From contig JASTWF010000363.1 of assembly GCA_030390025.1 (NCBI GenBank), positions 124,001 to 188,000 on the forward strand: 64,000 nt of DNA, in the 5' to 3' direction. Made by a program: the position numbers and the translations under genes. The DNA is from Squalus acanthias. Taxonomy: Eukaryota. The first letter of the stretch is position 1. Every line of letters starts with the position of its first letter. Below, in pieces: positions 1 to 10,782 of the stretch. The notes beneath the pieces were generated by a model, which was not told the DNA's origin, did no database searches, and was given only the letters and a program-made list of their open reading frames with translations.

Positions 1-451
1 AGATTTCCTGCCTTCCTTTGCAGCCTTAATTGCTGGTGTCTTGGCGGGAAAAATAGGGGAAGTGTGGCGGATCGCCACCTAAACGGGCATTATCCACTTT
101 TCCGTCCGTGGACAATATATCGAGCACCTTCCCTTTAAGGCACCTTACCTTTAAGGCAGCAGTGGGCGGGGCCTCAGGATTTTTCCAGAGAATTCTGGGG
201 GCAGTCTGTTCAGCCATTTTGTACCATGCAGTTGTATTAAAAAATGTCTCTTGTTTTCCACACATGGATTCAGCCTTAATTCGTGTTTCACGGCAGCCTC
301 AACAGAAGGGATATTGTTCCCCCATTTGTAGTTTTTTTTTAAAAGGTGCTAAATAGGTGAATAACTGTCTGTTAGCATTCAGTTGAGTGATAAACTTTAC
401 TGTTGTGATATCTTGATTCTGTTATCAGTACAATAACTATTAGGATGATAG

Positions 452-580
452 CTAAATACTGCGGATGCTGGAAATCCGAAATAACAACAGAAAACGCTGG
501 AAAAACTCAGCAGGCCAGGCAGCATCCGTGGAGAGAGAAACAGAGTTAACGTTTCAGGTCGAAGACCTTTCGTCAGACTA
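452..580 (-). mobile_element. Penelope terminal-repeat fragment with hammerhead core (544-580)
   Basis: Minus strand agt-CTGACGA-aaggtc ttc gacct-GAAA-cgtt-aact; same repeat at 5378-5490, 35456-36591, 38090-39150, 60910-61136. Confidence 0.8.
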
Positions 581-732
581 TTAGGGTTAGATGAGGTACA
601 GAAAATCTGAGATGAAGTGAACCAGTACCAATTTTTAACAACTGCTAGCTCAAGATTAACTCTGCCAGAGGGATGGGAATAGGTGGCCTGTCTACAGTCA
701 GTCAGGGAATGGTGCAAAAGGGCAGAAAATAA

Positions 733-828
<96 letters not shown>

Positions 829-2573
829 TGATTTGGACCCTTGCACCTTCACATGCTTGCTTGCATCTGTTAATCATCATGTTACAGTTATATACACAGT
901 TTGACCTTCAAGTATAAAGTCATTGCAAGCTGTCCCACTGGATCGAAGGACCCTGTACTTCCTCCATGCTGGAATCTACACCAGTGAACATGTTATGCTG
1001 TCACTGACAGGAGTAGAACTGATCTGACAATATGAAAATAGCTTGACAATTTTTTTTACAAGACGAGATTGAGTGGTGCAGTGAGTTCCGCTGAAAGGCA
1101 GTTTTCTTCCTGGGTGGAAAGTCAGCATAAGGTTCGTGGGGCTGGAACTCTGCCCATCTCAGTGGCTGTCCTTGAATACAGTCAATTTCCCGGAGACAGT
1201 CATTTAAATATCTTAGTCAGACTCCCAGCGGGATTCCCACCTGCATTGGGGAGGGCGGGCTGCCTCTTTGGGGACTGGAGGAATGCTGTGGCACCCTTGG
1301 GTGCCTACTGCAACGTTTCTGGGTTGGTTGCTTCCAGGGCAGCTGAAGAGGAGCCTCAATCTTTTATAAATAACATTTTTTAAATTGCAATGGATTACAT
1401 TTCCTTGGCGATTTTAAAAATTAGGACCCTGCTCATGCCATGCTATAGCAGCATTTTGCTCCAGGAACAAGTGTTCCCAGCACTCAATGTTGCTATGGGG
1501 AAAATGATGGTAAATACATGACATTACTTATTCTTGTAATTTATTTATAATTACAGTACGCCTGCCCGTATTAGGGTTTCTTGCAGGAACTCCCAGAAGT
1601 GGGTGGTGGCGGGTGGGGACCTAGTGGAATGATTCCCTGTCCAATTTTTCTTCCCTGCCTTTCCTGTTTAGCAGTACAACCCAATAGGGAATTGGGCCCT
1701 TGACTGTTTATTTCTATACCTGGGTTTAAATCCGACTCAAATTGGATGATAATCTCATCGGTCAGTTGGCTGTAAGGCCCATGCATGCGATGATTTTGGT
1801 CTGCCTCAAAACCAGCTCGTAACCAGCATGGAATCGCAGCAAAAACAATTGCCCCGAATTTGGCACTAATTGGACAAAATAAAATGGGCAATATGCTGTT
1901 TACTGATACAAAAGCTTCTCCAGGTAATAGGAACAGACAAATATTGAGGAATAAAGGGCTATGGGGATCCGGCTGGCTGGTCCTAGATTTGTTGGTTCTA
2001 AATTATGATGATTTATGAAGTCAGTCTCACTCGAGGACAAATTTTGCGAGGCTCCTTGCCGCTGGCAGGGCCTCATACACAGCCGATGGGGAGAGAGTTC
2101 ACGACTTTCTGTCCATTGATTGCAATGGATGGAAAGATACGGGCAAAGTGCCTGTGATCTTGCGATCTCTGCCAGCTGTGTGCCAGCTCCCACTGGCAGA
2201 GCAGGGTTTTGCAAAATTTAATGCATTCAATGAAATCTATCAAAAGGAAATGAATTAGGGCCAGACTGGATCAATTTCCCAGTGAGTGGATACAAAAGCA
2301 CAAAACTATCTGGTATGTGCAGCTCACATAGAGGGGCAGAAGAAGTAAGAATGTCACACTGGTGAAGTAAGGAATGCTTTCTGAAGGTGAGTTTTAGACA
2401 TGTTGAATGAGATTCAGTCTGTAGCTGTATTGTACTTTATCTGATCCGGGCAGTACTTCACCTGACCTTGGATGCTTGATATCAGCAGTCATTACCCTGA
2501 ACCCCTCAACTGTGTTTACATCCTTATTCCTAAATAATGTTTGCTTCTTATTGATAGTGTTCTTCTCACACAG

Positions 2574-2612
2574 GGTGAATATGAAGCAGCACTCACACTC
2601 TATGATGCTCAT
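2574..2612 (+). CDS. TTC38: TTC38-like copy A, exon (~9)
   Basis: cacag|GGT...CAT|gtaagt; 39 nt, GEYEAALTLYDAH. Confidence 0.95.
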
Positions 2613-4137
2613 GTAAGTATAAACTAACTGAAATGTTTGAAAAGATACTTCATAACAGAAATCCATTGTACAGAGGGTGTAGGTTTTCTGATTTTTTTTC
2701 CCATTCATTTGATTTCAGGGATGAGTTCGGGGTCAATGTCTTGAAGTTGAATATTTCAGTATTTTAGTGTTTGCACTGTGCCTGGAACACGTGCTGTTCA
2801 AAGGGTATTTTACTGACATTGTACCCTACTGCTCTATTAACTGTGGAAACTATGATGAATCAAAGTTGTCTGCACACTGACACTTTCTGCCTCTCACATT
2901 ACACAAGTGCAGCATTGTTCAAGGGAAGAGTACTTAGCAGTTCCCTCTCTATTTTCTCAGATCTTTGTACCTTTAGGTGCATGTTGCTATTTAGCAGCAA
3001 GGACTGATGTGTGTCACTTAAAAAGAGTAGAGTTCTTTGAAGAGCCCCTGTGGCAATTGCCTTTTTTTACTCCTCCACTACACCTGGGGAATTGGTGCCA
3101 ACCAGGCTGTCATGAGGTCTCTGCCCCCAGTGCATTACCCCAGGGTTTCCTGGAGCTTCCCCAGTGGATGTAGGTGGGTCTACACCTGTAGTAGGAGCAG
3201 GTCTACTGTTAGGATGATAATGAAGTGTGGGAGTTGGGTGCTCAGCCAGAGGATCTACTGGGGTTTCAAGGGTGGAATGAAGACTGCTGGTAGACAGATA
3301 GGTACTCCTGTGTAATCCTCCCACAATCCCCCTGATCTCTGCCCCCAGGATGAGCTGAGTCACGTGAGGCATTCAGTCCCAGGAGAAGGCCCCAGTGTTG
3401 ATGGGCAGGGTTGTATTTTCTCAGGCCCACAGCTGAGCTTTCATTTCCTCCCTGATTTTAGGCATAATGCCCAGCCAGAGCGCACCTGAGATGCTCTCTA
3501 CCTGTCAGACACCCAGTGCGTGCCCATAGAGGAAAATATACCCACGAATGCTTAAATTGGGTCAATGAAATTAGGACTTTTAAATTTTGGAGAGAGGGAG
3601 CTGAAACATTCAGCATTTATTAAATATTGCTTTGCATCTATATAATCTAAAGCCGTGTCTAGGAGCTTGAAAGGGTGAACTATTCTAATTGTAAGAATCG
3701 TTTCTTTTGTGTTTTTATTCCACTGTTGCCACTGATTTCTTTGAAGAGTCTGAGTGGTAATTATTGTGGTGCTGCCTTTTTTTTTACTCCAACTCCCAAA
3801 GTGCCTCAATGGGTTTCTACTAGGAATTTCCCAATTTCTGTTTTGTGATGGATGAGGAGAACCAACAGAGGAATGCCAGAAAGGTAAAGCTGTACCTGAA
3901 GCACTGTGCACCCTGCTGCTGGTACCCACACATCGAGTCTTCAGCAGGACAGCACGTTATTCCCCTTGTCCGAAGAACAGTGCCTGTGAGTTCTTTAATT
4001 TACCAAGAAGCTGTGACAGTTATACCACCTGCTACAAACAGACCTGCAGCCAAACTCTACCATAGGCTGGCACTGCCAATGGCTGTAAAAATGAGTCTGC
4101 CACCAGAAACCAGTCCAGAATGACTTGCCCACATTTG

Positions 4138-5024
4138 GGGGGAAAAATTAGGTCGCGCCCCATTTGGGGCGCAAATATCGTCCGGACGCAAATATTAGTG
4201 CCTGGCGCTAATTATCGGCACTGACTGGAAACTTCACTTTTACCGCCCCGGGAGGTGAGTGGAGCGCTAAATCAGGCACTGCACACCTGTCTTAAGGCGC
4301 AAAGGCCAAGGAGTGAGGCGCTAACTCAGAGCGCTGGCGAAGCTCATGTAATGTCAGTCAGCAATGGAACACACACACAATGGCACGGGCCAGTTCTTAA
4401 AGGGGATGGTTAATCTTGCTTTCCATCCACATCCTGTTCATTGCAGCCTTGAATCTCGGCCTGGAGAGACTTGCACATCAAATGTGCTGGAAAGAACAAT
4501 GGAGAGTACCAGGCAAAGAGCTCAGAGTGCAGCTCCCACAGTCTCTGCTAAATCGATACAAGGAATGGCAAATCAAAATGAACCTGCAAAGTGCTGCTCA
4601 GTACCCAAAACTCCTTCACACAATGTTGAATCTCTCCAGAAGTCTCTCCATCTCGCTCTCAGAATGCGTAGTTCAAAAATGCCACCAACAATAAAAGACA
4701 GGAAGAGCCCCCCTTTAAATAGCGCCCACCCCCAGCCCCACAGCGATTGATAGCGTTCCAGTCTTCTGGTCGTTGGATGCGCCAGGCGGTAAGGCGCCAC
4801 TCAATTTCCGCTCCGGGGCGTCACAAGGGCGTTGCACCATGGAATGACGTCAGAATCTGCGCGCGCAGGTGGTCGCAGCGGTAAAGTTTAGCGCCGCCGC
4901 ACAATCTCTAGTTAAGTTCCCGAGCGGCGCAAACATCGCTGCCCCCGGGCGTTAGCGGCTTTGCGCCCCATTAGCGCCCTCTTAAGGCGCTAATGGGAGG
5001 CGCAACCAACTGAATTTTTACCCC
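4138..5024 (+). mobile_element. Non-autonomous deletion derivative of the 6754-10954 Harbinger
   Basis: First ~195 bp and last ~340 bp nearly identical to the autonomous element's ends; both genes deleted; TSD not matching. Confidence 0.92.
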
Positions 5025-5592
5025 TCAGTTTTCACCCTTCCTGTAGAGAAATTCCACTGACATTGTTGAACTAATTCTGAAGCTTTCTTCAGTGTCAATC
5101 TTTTGTTCTTCAATGCATGTAGATGTCTGTTTCTATCTCTGTCTTTCTCTCACTCTTGTGTTCTATCCCCCCACCTTCCCCCACTTCTTTTCATCTACCT
5201 GTGAAAGTGAATGTCTATTTTGGAGGGGGTGATATTGGCACTGAATGGCTGCTGTGTTGTTTATAAAGCAGCCATTTTATTTCAAAACGTAATTCATTGT
5301 GTGAAACACATACAGATATTTCAATGTGGAAGGTGTTATGTAAATACAAGTATTTTACATTTTTATAAAAGTTAATTGACCTGAAACGTTAACTCTGTTT
5401 CTCCACAAATGCTGCCTGACCTGCTGAGTATTTCCAGCATTCTCTGTTTTTATTTCAGATTTTCAGCATCAGCTGTATTTTGCTTTTGCTTTTTTTATTT
5501 TATTATTTCTGTTGAATGCATGTGTTTTTCACTGTTTCCTTTCCCTTGTTTTCTGGTGTCTCTTACTGTTATTTTATCTGTGCCATATGCAG

Positions 5593-5674
5593 ATTTACCC
5601 AGGTTGTTTCAAATCTGGATCAATGCTGGATATGGTGGACACAAGTTCTATGTTGCATCGACTCCAAATGGAAG
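5593..5674 (+). CDS. TTC38: TTC38-like copy A, exon (~10)
   Basis: tgcag|ATT...GAA G|gtaagt; 82 nt, IYPGCFKSGSMLDMVDTSSMLHRLQME(G). Confidence 0.95.
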
Positions 5675-5714
5675 GTAAGTACTTACCCTTATCCAACACC
5701 TCAAAATAAAAATT

Positions 5715-6090
5715 CTCATTCTTGTGTTTAAATCCATTCATGGCCTCGCCTGTCCCTACTGCTAACTTCCTCCATCCCTACAACCCCCCTTCATACTCTC
5801 TGTTCCTCTGACTCTGGTCTCTGGTGCACGGCCTCCACACTGCTTTGCCCCACCATTGACCACTGTGCCTTCAGTCACCTAGGTCCCATTTTCTGGATTT
5901 CCTCCTTAAACTTCTGCACCTCCCTCTTTCTCCTTTTAAGACTGCCTATAAAGCCCACCTCTGATGAAACTTTTGGTCACCCCTTTTAATATCTCCTCCT
6001 TTGGCTTGTCCGCTTTTTGATTACTCCTCTGTGGAGCACCTTGGGACGTTTTTCTGCAATAAAGCTGCTATATAAATGAAAGTTGTTGTT
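5715..6090 (+). mobile_element. L2-type 3' end
   Basis: ccttgggacgttt..gctatataaatgaaagttgttgtt tail; same family as 32277-32695 and 58893-59170. Confidence 0.75.
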
Positions 6091-7111
6091 CAAACAATTT
6101 TGGATGTAGTTATCACACTTGGTAAATGAAGAAAGACATGGAGCAGGATTTTCTCAGCCCCGAGGAGGTGGGTATGGAGGCAGGACTGCCGGTAAAGTAG
6201 CAGAAAGTGGGGGCGGATGGCAAACCCGCCCCCATCCTGCCTCCGTGCCCTTTTACCAGGAGGCGGGAAGATGTGCTGCTTCGGGTCCCGTCTCCTCAAG
6301 GCGGGAAAGGGATTAAATCCTTTTAACTGCCTGTTAACAGGTAGTTAACAGGCAGAAAAAAGGATTAGTCCCATTTTACCTTTTCAGGGGAAGGTTTCCC
6401 TGACCTTGGAGAACCCCGCCGGGTTGGAGGAGTCGAGTAGGAGATCTGCGGGGGTTGGAGGGGCCTGAAAGTAAGATGAAGAGGTGAGTGATGGGTGCAA
6501 GTGTGGAGTGGTAAGTATGTGAGGTGAGTGTTAAGTGTTAGAAAATGTTCACTTACCTTCATCCGCTCTGGATCGGGAGTCCCGACATCTTCCTTGTAGA
6601 TTTCACAGACTGGCTGTTGGATCCTCCGAACCAACAGTCATCTGAAATCTACAAAGTAGAAAGGTTTGATGAGTCCTGAACACAAGGGTTCATCAAACTA
6701 GACAGAATGTCAGTGTTTGACAGCTTCACAGAGCTGTCAAACGCTGACATTTCGGGGTAGAAATTAGGTCGCGCCCCATTTGGGGCGCAAATATCGTCTG
6801 GACGCAAATATTAGCGCCTGGCGCTAATTATCGGCACTGACTGGAAACTTCACTTTTACCGCCCCGGGAGGTGAGTGGAGCGCTAAATCAAGCGCTGCAC
6901 ACCTGTCTTAAGGCGCAAAGGCCAAGGAGTGAGGCGCTAACTCAGCGCGCGAGCACAGCGCAGCTGCTGCCAGTTAGCGAGGGAACACAGACACACTGGC
7001 GCCGGACACTTCTTAAAGTGGGGGGGGCCACTTGCTCCCCAGCCACACCCTGCTCATTGCAGCCTTGAATCTCAGCCTGGAGAGACCTGTGAATCCATTT
7101 TGCTGCCAAGC

Positions 7112-7348
7112 ATGGAGAGGGTGAGAGAACGCGCTCATCGCTTCACCGAGCGGGCCTTGGATGCTCTGGTTGGCGCAGTGGAGCGCAGACGATGTATGCT
7201 CTTCCCTGAGAGTGGCAGGAGGCCTTTGCCATGCGAGTTCAGAAGAGTGTGGAGGGAGGTGGCTCAGAGCGTCTCCTCCAGGAGCATGGTGCCCAGGACC
7301 CATGCTCAATGCCGCAAAATGTTCAACGACCTCACTCGGGTCGTCAGG
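7112..7348 (+). CDS. Harbinger Myb/SANT-like DNA-binding protein, exon 1
   Basis: ATG at 7112; RFTERALDALVGAVERRR..LFP..WREVAQSVSS..RTHAQCRKMFNDL is a trihelix Myb/SANT pattern; donor AGG|gtgagt. Confidence 0.9.
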
Positions 7349-7496
7349 GTGAGTGGCTTTTTCTCAATACCTCTCCATCCCTCCATCTCAACCTCACTCT
7401 ATGGCCAGAGGGTCTTAAAACCCCAATGCACAACACTCATCCAACACCTATGGCCCTTTCATCAAACACACACACACATTCCACACTTTGCATACA

Positions 7497-7658
7497 GTAA
7501 GGGCTATTCACCTATGGGAGGCACATCAGGCAAGACCATGGCTGTATATTGTAAGGGCTATTCACCTATGGGAGGCACATCAGGCAAGACCATGGCTGTA
7601 TATTGTAAGGGCTATTCACCTATGGGAGGCACATCAGGCAAGACCATGGCTGTATATT
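7497..7658 (+). repeat. Perfect 54-bp x3 tandem repeat in Myb gene intron 1
   Basis: Unit gtaagggctattcacctatgggaggcacatcaggcaagaccatggctgtatatt at 7497, 7551, 7605. Confidence 0.97.
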
Positions 7659-7686
7659 TACTCAGATGCTGTCCTTTTTCTTGCAG

Positions 7687-7849
7687 GCTAAGCTGGCTCA
7701 TAATAGGAGACAGCAGCAACGGACAGGTGGAGGGCGGCCTCAGCTGCAACCCCTCAGCGATCTTGAGGAGCGCGTCCACAGGATTGTGGCAAGCCGGGTG
7801 ATCAGTCCCGTCGCCACTGGAGACGCCGACCCCGTTCTGGACAGCAATG
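7687..7849 (+). CDS. Harbinger Myb/SANT-like protein, exon 2
   Basis: ttgcag|GCT...AAT G|gtaagg; AKLAHNRRQQQRTGGGRP, the TGGG motif typical after this domain. Confidence 0.9.
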
Positions 7850-8008
7850 GTAAGGTCATCACCTTTTTGTCCTCTGTCCTTCCACTTGTCCCTCACAACA
7901 CCAGCCTTTGACACTTTCAATCCAACTTGCTAACTCGCTGCACTTATTCCTCCCTTACTGCCACCCTGTCCTCATGCTAAAGCCACTCTTGTACCTCCCT
8001 GCTTTCAG

Positions 8009-8988
8009 ATGGTGATTCACCAGCTGAGGAGACGGGCCCTGAAGCTGCCACTGGGAGTGATGCTGCAGCTGAGGAGGAAGAGGAAGCCAGAGCATCAGTG
8101 CCACCCTCTCCCGAGGAAGCCCATGCCCACACTGGGAACACGCCTTCCCCGGAGGGGAGCAGGGGGGAAGGGTCTGATGAGGGTGAAGCTCCAGGACCCA
8201 GTGGGCTGCAGCAACGCCATGGGTGGGGTAGGGAAGAACGGGGGCCTTCTCCCCAGAGGGAGAGTATGCCAGACACTCCTACTGCAATGGACGCAGAGGA
8301 GGAGCGGCTGATTGCAGAAATGAACACCCAGGCGGTGGGCATGCACACTGAGCTCATGGGTGCAGTGGGAAGGGTGCCCGAATGCATTGAGTCACTGGCA
8401 AGGAGTGTGGAGCACTTCGCTGTAGCACAGGCGGATGCCACACTAACGCTTAGTGCTGCAATTCAGTCATTGGCTGCCGTGATCCCATCTCTGACTGCTC
8501 TCATACAGACTCAGATGGAGGCCACGCGAGCACAGACTGCTGCCAACCTCGATGGTTCGTACACATGTCCCCGGGGCTGTCACCGCGCCGCAGCAGGCCA
8601 GCAATCTGTTCTCCGGCAGATTGCTCCGGATGCTGAAGTGCTGCCCCGTGGGAGTGCCAGTGTGTCGGGCGAGCAGGGAGTTGCTGTCCTCTCTCACGAT
8701 GACAGCATTCCTGCTGCCAACACTGTCACTTCTCCACTGCACTTGCCACCGCCTGTAGGACAGACTGCTGCCGCCCATGCAGAGTTGGTGCAGTCTGCAG
8801 CCGGGCCCTCCAGGCCCAGAAGTGGTCGAGGCCGTCCTTCAGGGGCATCTGCAGTGTCAGGGTCTGACGAGCAGCAGCCTTCCACCAGCCTTGCTGCAGC
8901 CACTGAGGTCCCATTACGGAGGAGCAGTAGGGTTAGAAGGGGGGAAGTGCGCAAGGGAAGGAGATCACCCTCGAAGGGCAAAAAGTAG
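8009..8988 (+). CDS. Harbinger Myb/SANT-like protein, exon 3 (spliced product ~459 aa)
   Basis: tttcag|AT GGT...; in frame with ORF 8098-8988; acidic linker, helical/coiled-coil-like middle, basic C-terminal tail. Confidence 0.85.
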
Positions 8989-9282
8989 GAGGTGTGACAA
9001 AATGCTGGTCATTTTTTTATTAAAGGCCGAGGTTCATGGTCCAACTTTTGTTTAGTGTTTTGGACATTATCTCCAGGTTGTGAGAACCAGTTATGTTATT
9101 GACTGTTTTTTTGTGTTTATTTCTATGAGTTTGTCATGAGGAATTGACACACACAGAGTTTGTAAAATAAATAAGTTTCTGTATTCAAAATATGCATGGC
9201 TGGTGGTTGGAATTATTGGTGCCTTGGCCGGCTTAGGGGTTGCGTGCTGGGTTGATTAATGTTGGTAGCAATGGCAGGGGCC

Positions 9283-10443
9283 CTAGAAGCGGCTTGCTAT
9301 TAGCCGTTGACGGACGGCCCTTGCAGTTTGACCATTGTGGGCCGCCCTCCCGCCTTGGTGCTGCTGATGATCATCGTCCTCGTCCTCTTCCTCCTCTTCC
9401 TCCTCCTCCTCTGGTGGTGCTACAAGGCCTGGTGGCATTGGCTGGGTCCTGAGGATTGCCATGTTGTGCAACGTGCAGCACACGACTACGAAGTTCGATA
9501 CTTGCTCAGGCGAGTACTGCAGGGCTCCTCCGGAATGGTCCAGACAGCGGAACCGTTGTTTCAGCACGCCGATTGTGCGCTCAATAATGTTCCTGGTTGC
9601 TTGATGGCTTTCATTGTACCGCAGCTCAGCAGGGGTGTTTGACGTACGGAACGGTATCACCAGCCAGGTGCTCAATGCGTACCCCTTGTCCCCGAGAAGC
9701 CAACCAACTGGCTGATGCGGTGCCTCGAAAAGTTCTGCCACAGTAGTCTGGCGCAGGATAAAAGCATCGTGGCAGCTGCCAGGATAGTGGGCATTGACAG
9801 CGAGTATCAGCTGTCTGTGGTCACAGACCAACTGGACATTCAAGGAATGGAACCCCTTTCTGTTCCTGAATTCCTCTGCATTCTCACGCGGAGCACGCAA
9901 AGCCACATGTGTGCAGTCAATGGCGCCCTGCACCATGGGGAAGCCCGCTACCCTCGCAAAGCCCAGAGCGCGGTCATGCTGCTTGTCTGGGGTCATAGGG
10001 AAAGAGATGAACTCTCGTCTCCTTCTGAAGAGGGCATTTGTGACCTGCCGGATGCAGCGATGCACCGCGAACTGGGAGATATTGGCGAGGTCCCCAACAG
10101 CAGCTTGGAATGAGCCAGTGGCGTAGAAGTTCAAAGCCACTGTGACCTTCACTGCCACCGACAGAGACGTCCTGGACCTCAGTTGAGGCTGCAGATCTGG
10201 CTGCAGCAGGTGGCAGAGCTCAGTGACCACCTCCTTGCTGAATCGCAGCCTTCGCAAACACAGCTCCTCGGACATATGGATGTAGGAGAGCTGTTCACGA
10301 TATACCCTGGGAGGGTAAGCTCTCCTGTACATGCGCCTGATGGCCCTCCTCCGTCTGGCCATCATTGCCACTCTCTCTCTGCGTCTCTGTATCCTCCGAT
10401 TCAGCTGGAGCAGGACGACGCCCCCAATCAGTGCAGCCCCCAT
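9283..10443 (-). CDS. Harbinger DDE transposase (HARBI1-family, 386 aa, intronless CDS)
   Basis: ATG at 10443; motifs GAIDCTHV, RNRKGFHSLNVQLVCD, PGSCHDAFIL, LLGDKGY, IERTIGVLKQRF; no stops or frameshifts. Confidence 0.95.
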   Translation of the reverse strand: MGAALIGGVVLLQLNRRIQRRRERVAMMARRRRAIRRMYRRAYPPRVYREQLSYIHMSEELCLRRLRFSKEVVTELCHLLQPDLQPQLRSRTSLSVAVKVTVALNFYATGSFQAAVGDLANISQFAVHRCIRQVTNALFRRRREFISFPMTPDKQHDRALGFARVAGFPMVQGAIDCTHVALRAPRENAEEFRNRKGFHSLNVQLVCDHRQLILAVNAHYPGSCHDAFILRQTTVAELFEAPHQPVGWLLGDKGYALSTWLVIPFRTSNTPAELRYNESHQATRNIIERTIGVLKQRFRCLDHSGGALQYSPEQVSNFVVVCCTLHNMAILRTQPMPPGLVAPPEEEEEEEEEDEDDDHQQHQGGRAAHNGQTARAVRQRLIASRF

Positions 10444-10636
10444 ATTCTCTTTGCCAGAAGAGTAATGAGGGACAGCAACTAAAGTAGCAACAAAGTTAGG
10501 ATGAATAGGCAAAACTACCTCACAAAGCGTTGAGTCAATGTAGAAGTCTCTCTCTCTCTCTCTCCGAATCTCTCTCTCTCTCTCAGAACGAGTGGTGCAT
10601 AAATGTCGACCACAGAAAAAGACAGGAAGAGGCCCC

Positions 10637-10782
10637 CTTTAAATAGCGGCCCCCCCAGCCCCACAGCGATTGATAGCGTTCCAGTCTTCCGGTCGTTGGA
10701 AGCGCCAGGCGGTAAGGCAGGGGGCGCCACTCAATTTCCGCTCCGGGGCGCCCCAAGGGCGTGGCACCATGGAATGACGTCA
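10637..10782 (-). promoter_or_regulatory. Putative transposase promoter (CRE TGACGTCA at 10775-10782 and TATTTAAA box)
   Basis: Motifs lie between the TIR and the ATG and are retained in derivative 4138-5024; function inferred. Confidence 0.5.

Noticed and set aside
3040..3545. Possible old MITE (similar pieces ~1040-1385, ~26480-26970, ~45025-45600)
   Set aside because: Only one TIR-like end or weak similarity visible; boundaries cannot be supported by eye.
7497..7658. CRISPR-like array
   Set aside because: Units are contiguous and identical with no spacers; eukaryotic intron context.
7100..7801. 233-aa ORF as a standalone protein
   Set aside because: Read-through of Myb exon 1 into intron 1; the spliced model restores the conserved TGGG segment and matches the 52350-54213 homologue.
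8098..8988. Separate third transposon gene
   Set aside because: In frame with the acceptor at 8009; it is exon 3 of the Myb gene.
9283..10512. Domesticated HARBI1 gene (and NAIF1/MSANTD for the partner)
   Set aside because: Both genes lie within TIRs with a TSD, have related decayed copies nearby and sit in a host intron, so this is a transposon. The ORF-track start at 10512 is non-ATG; ATG 10443 is preferred.
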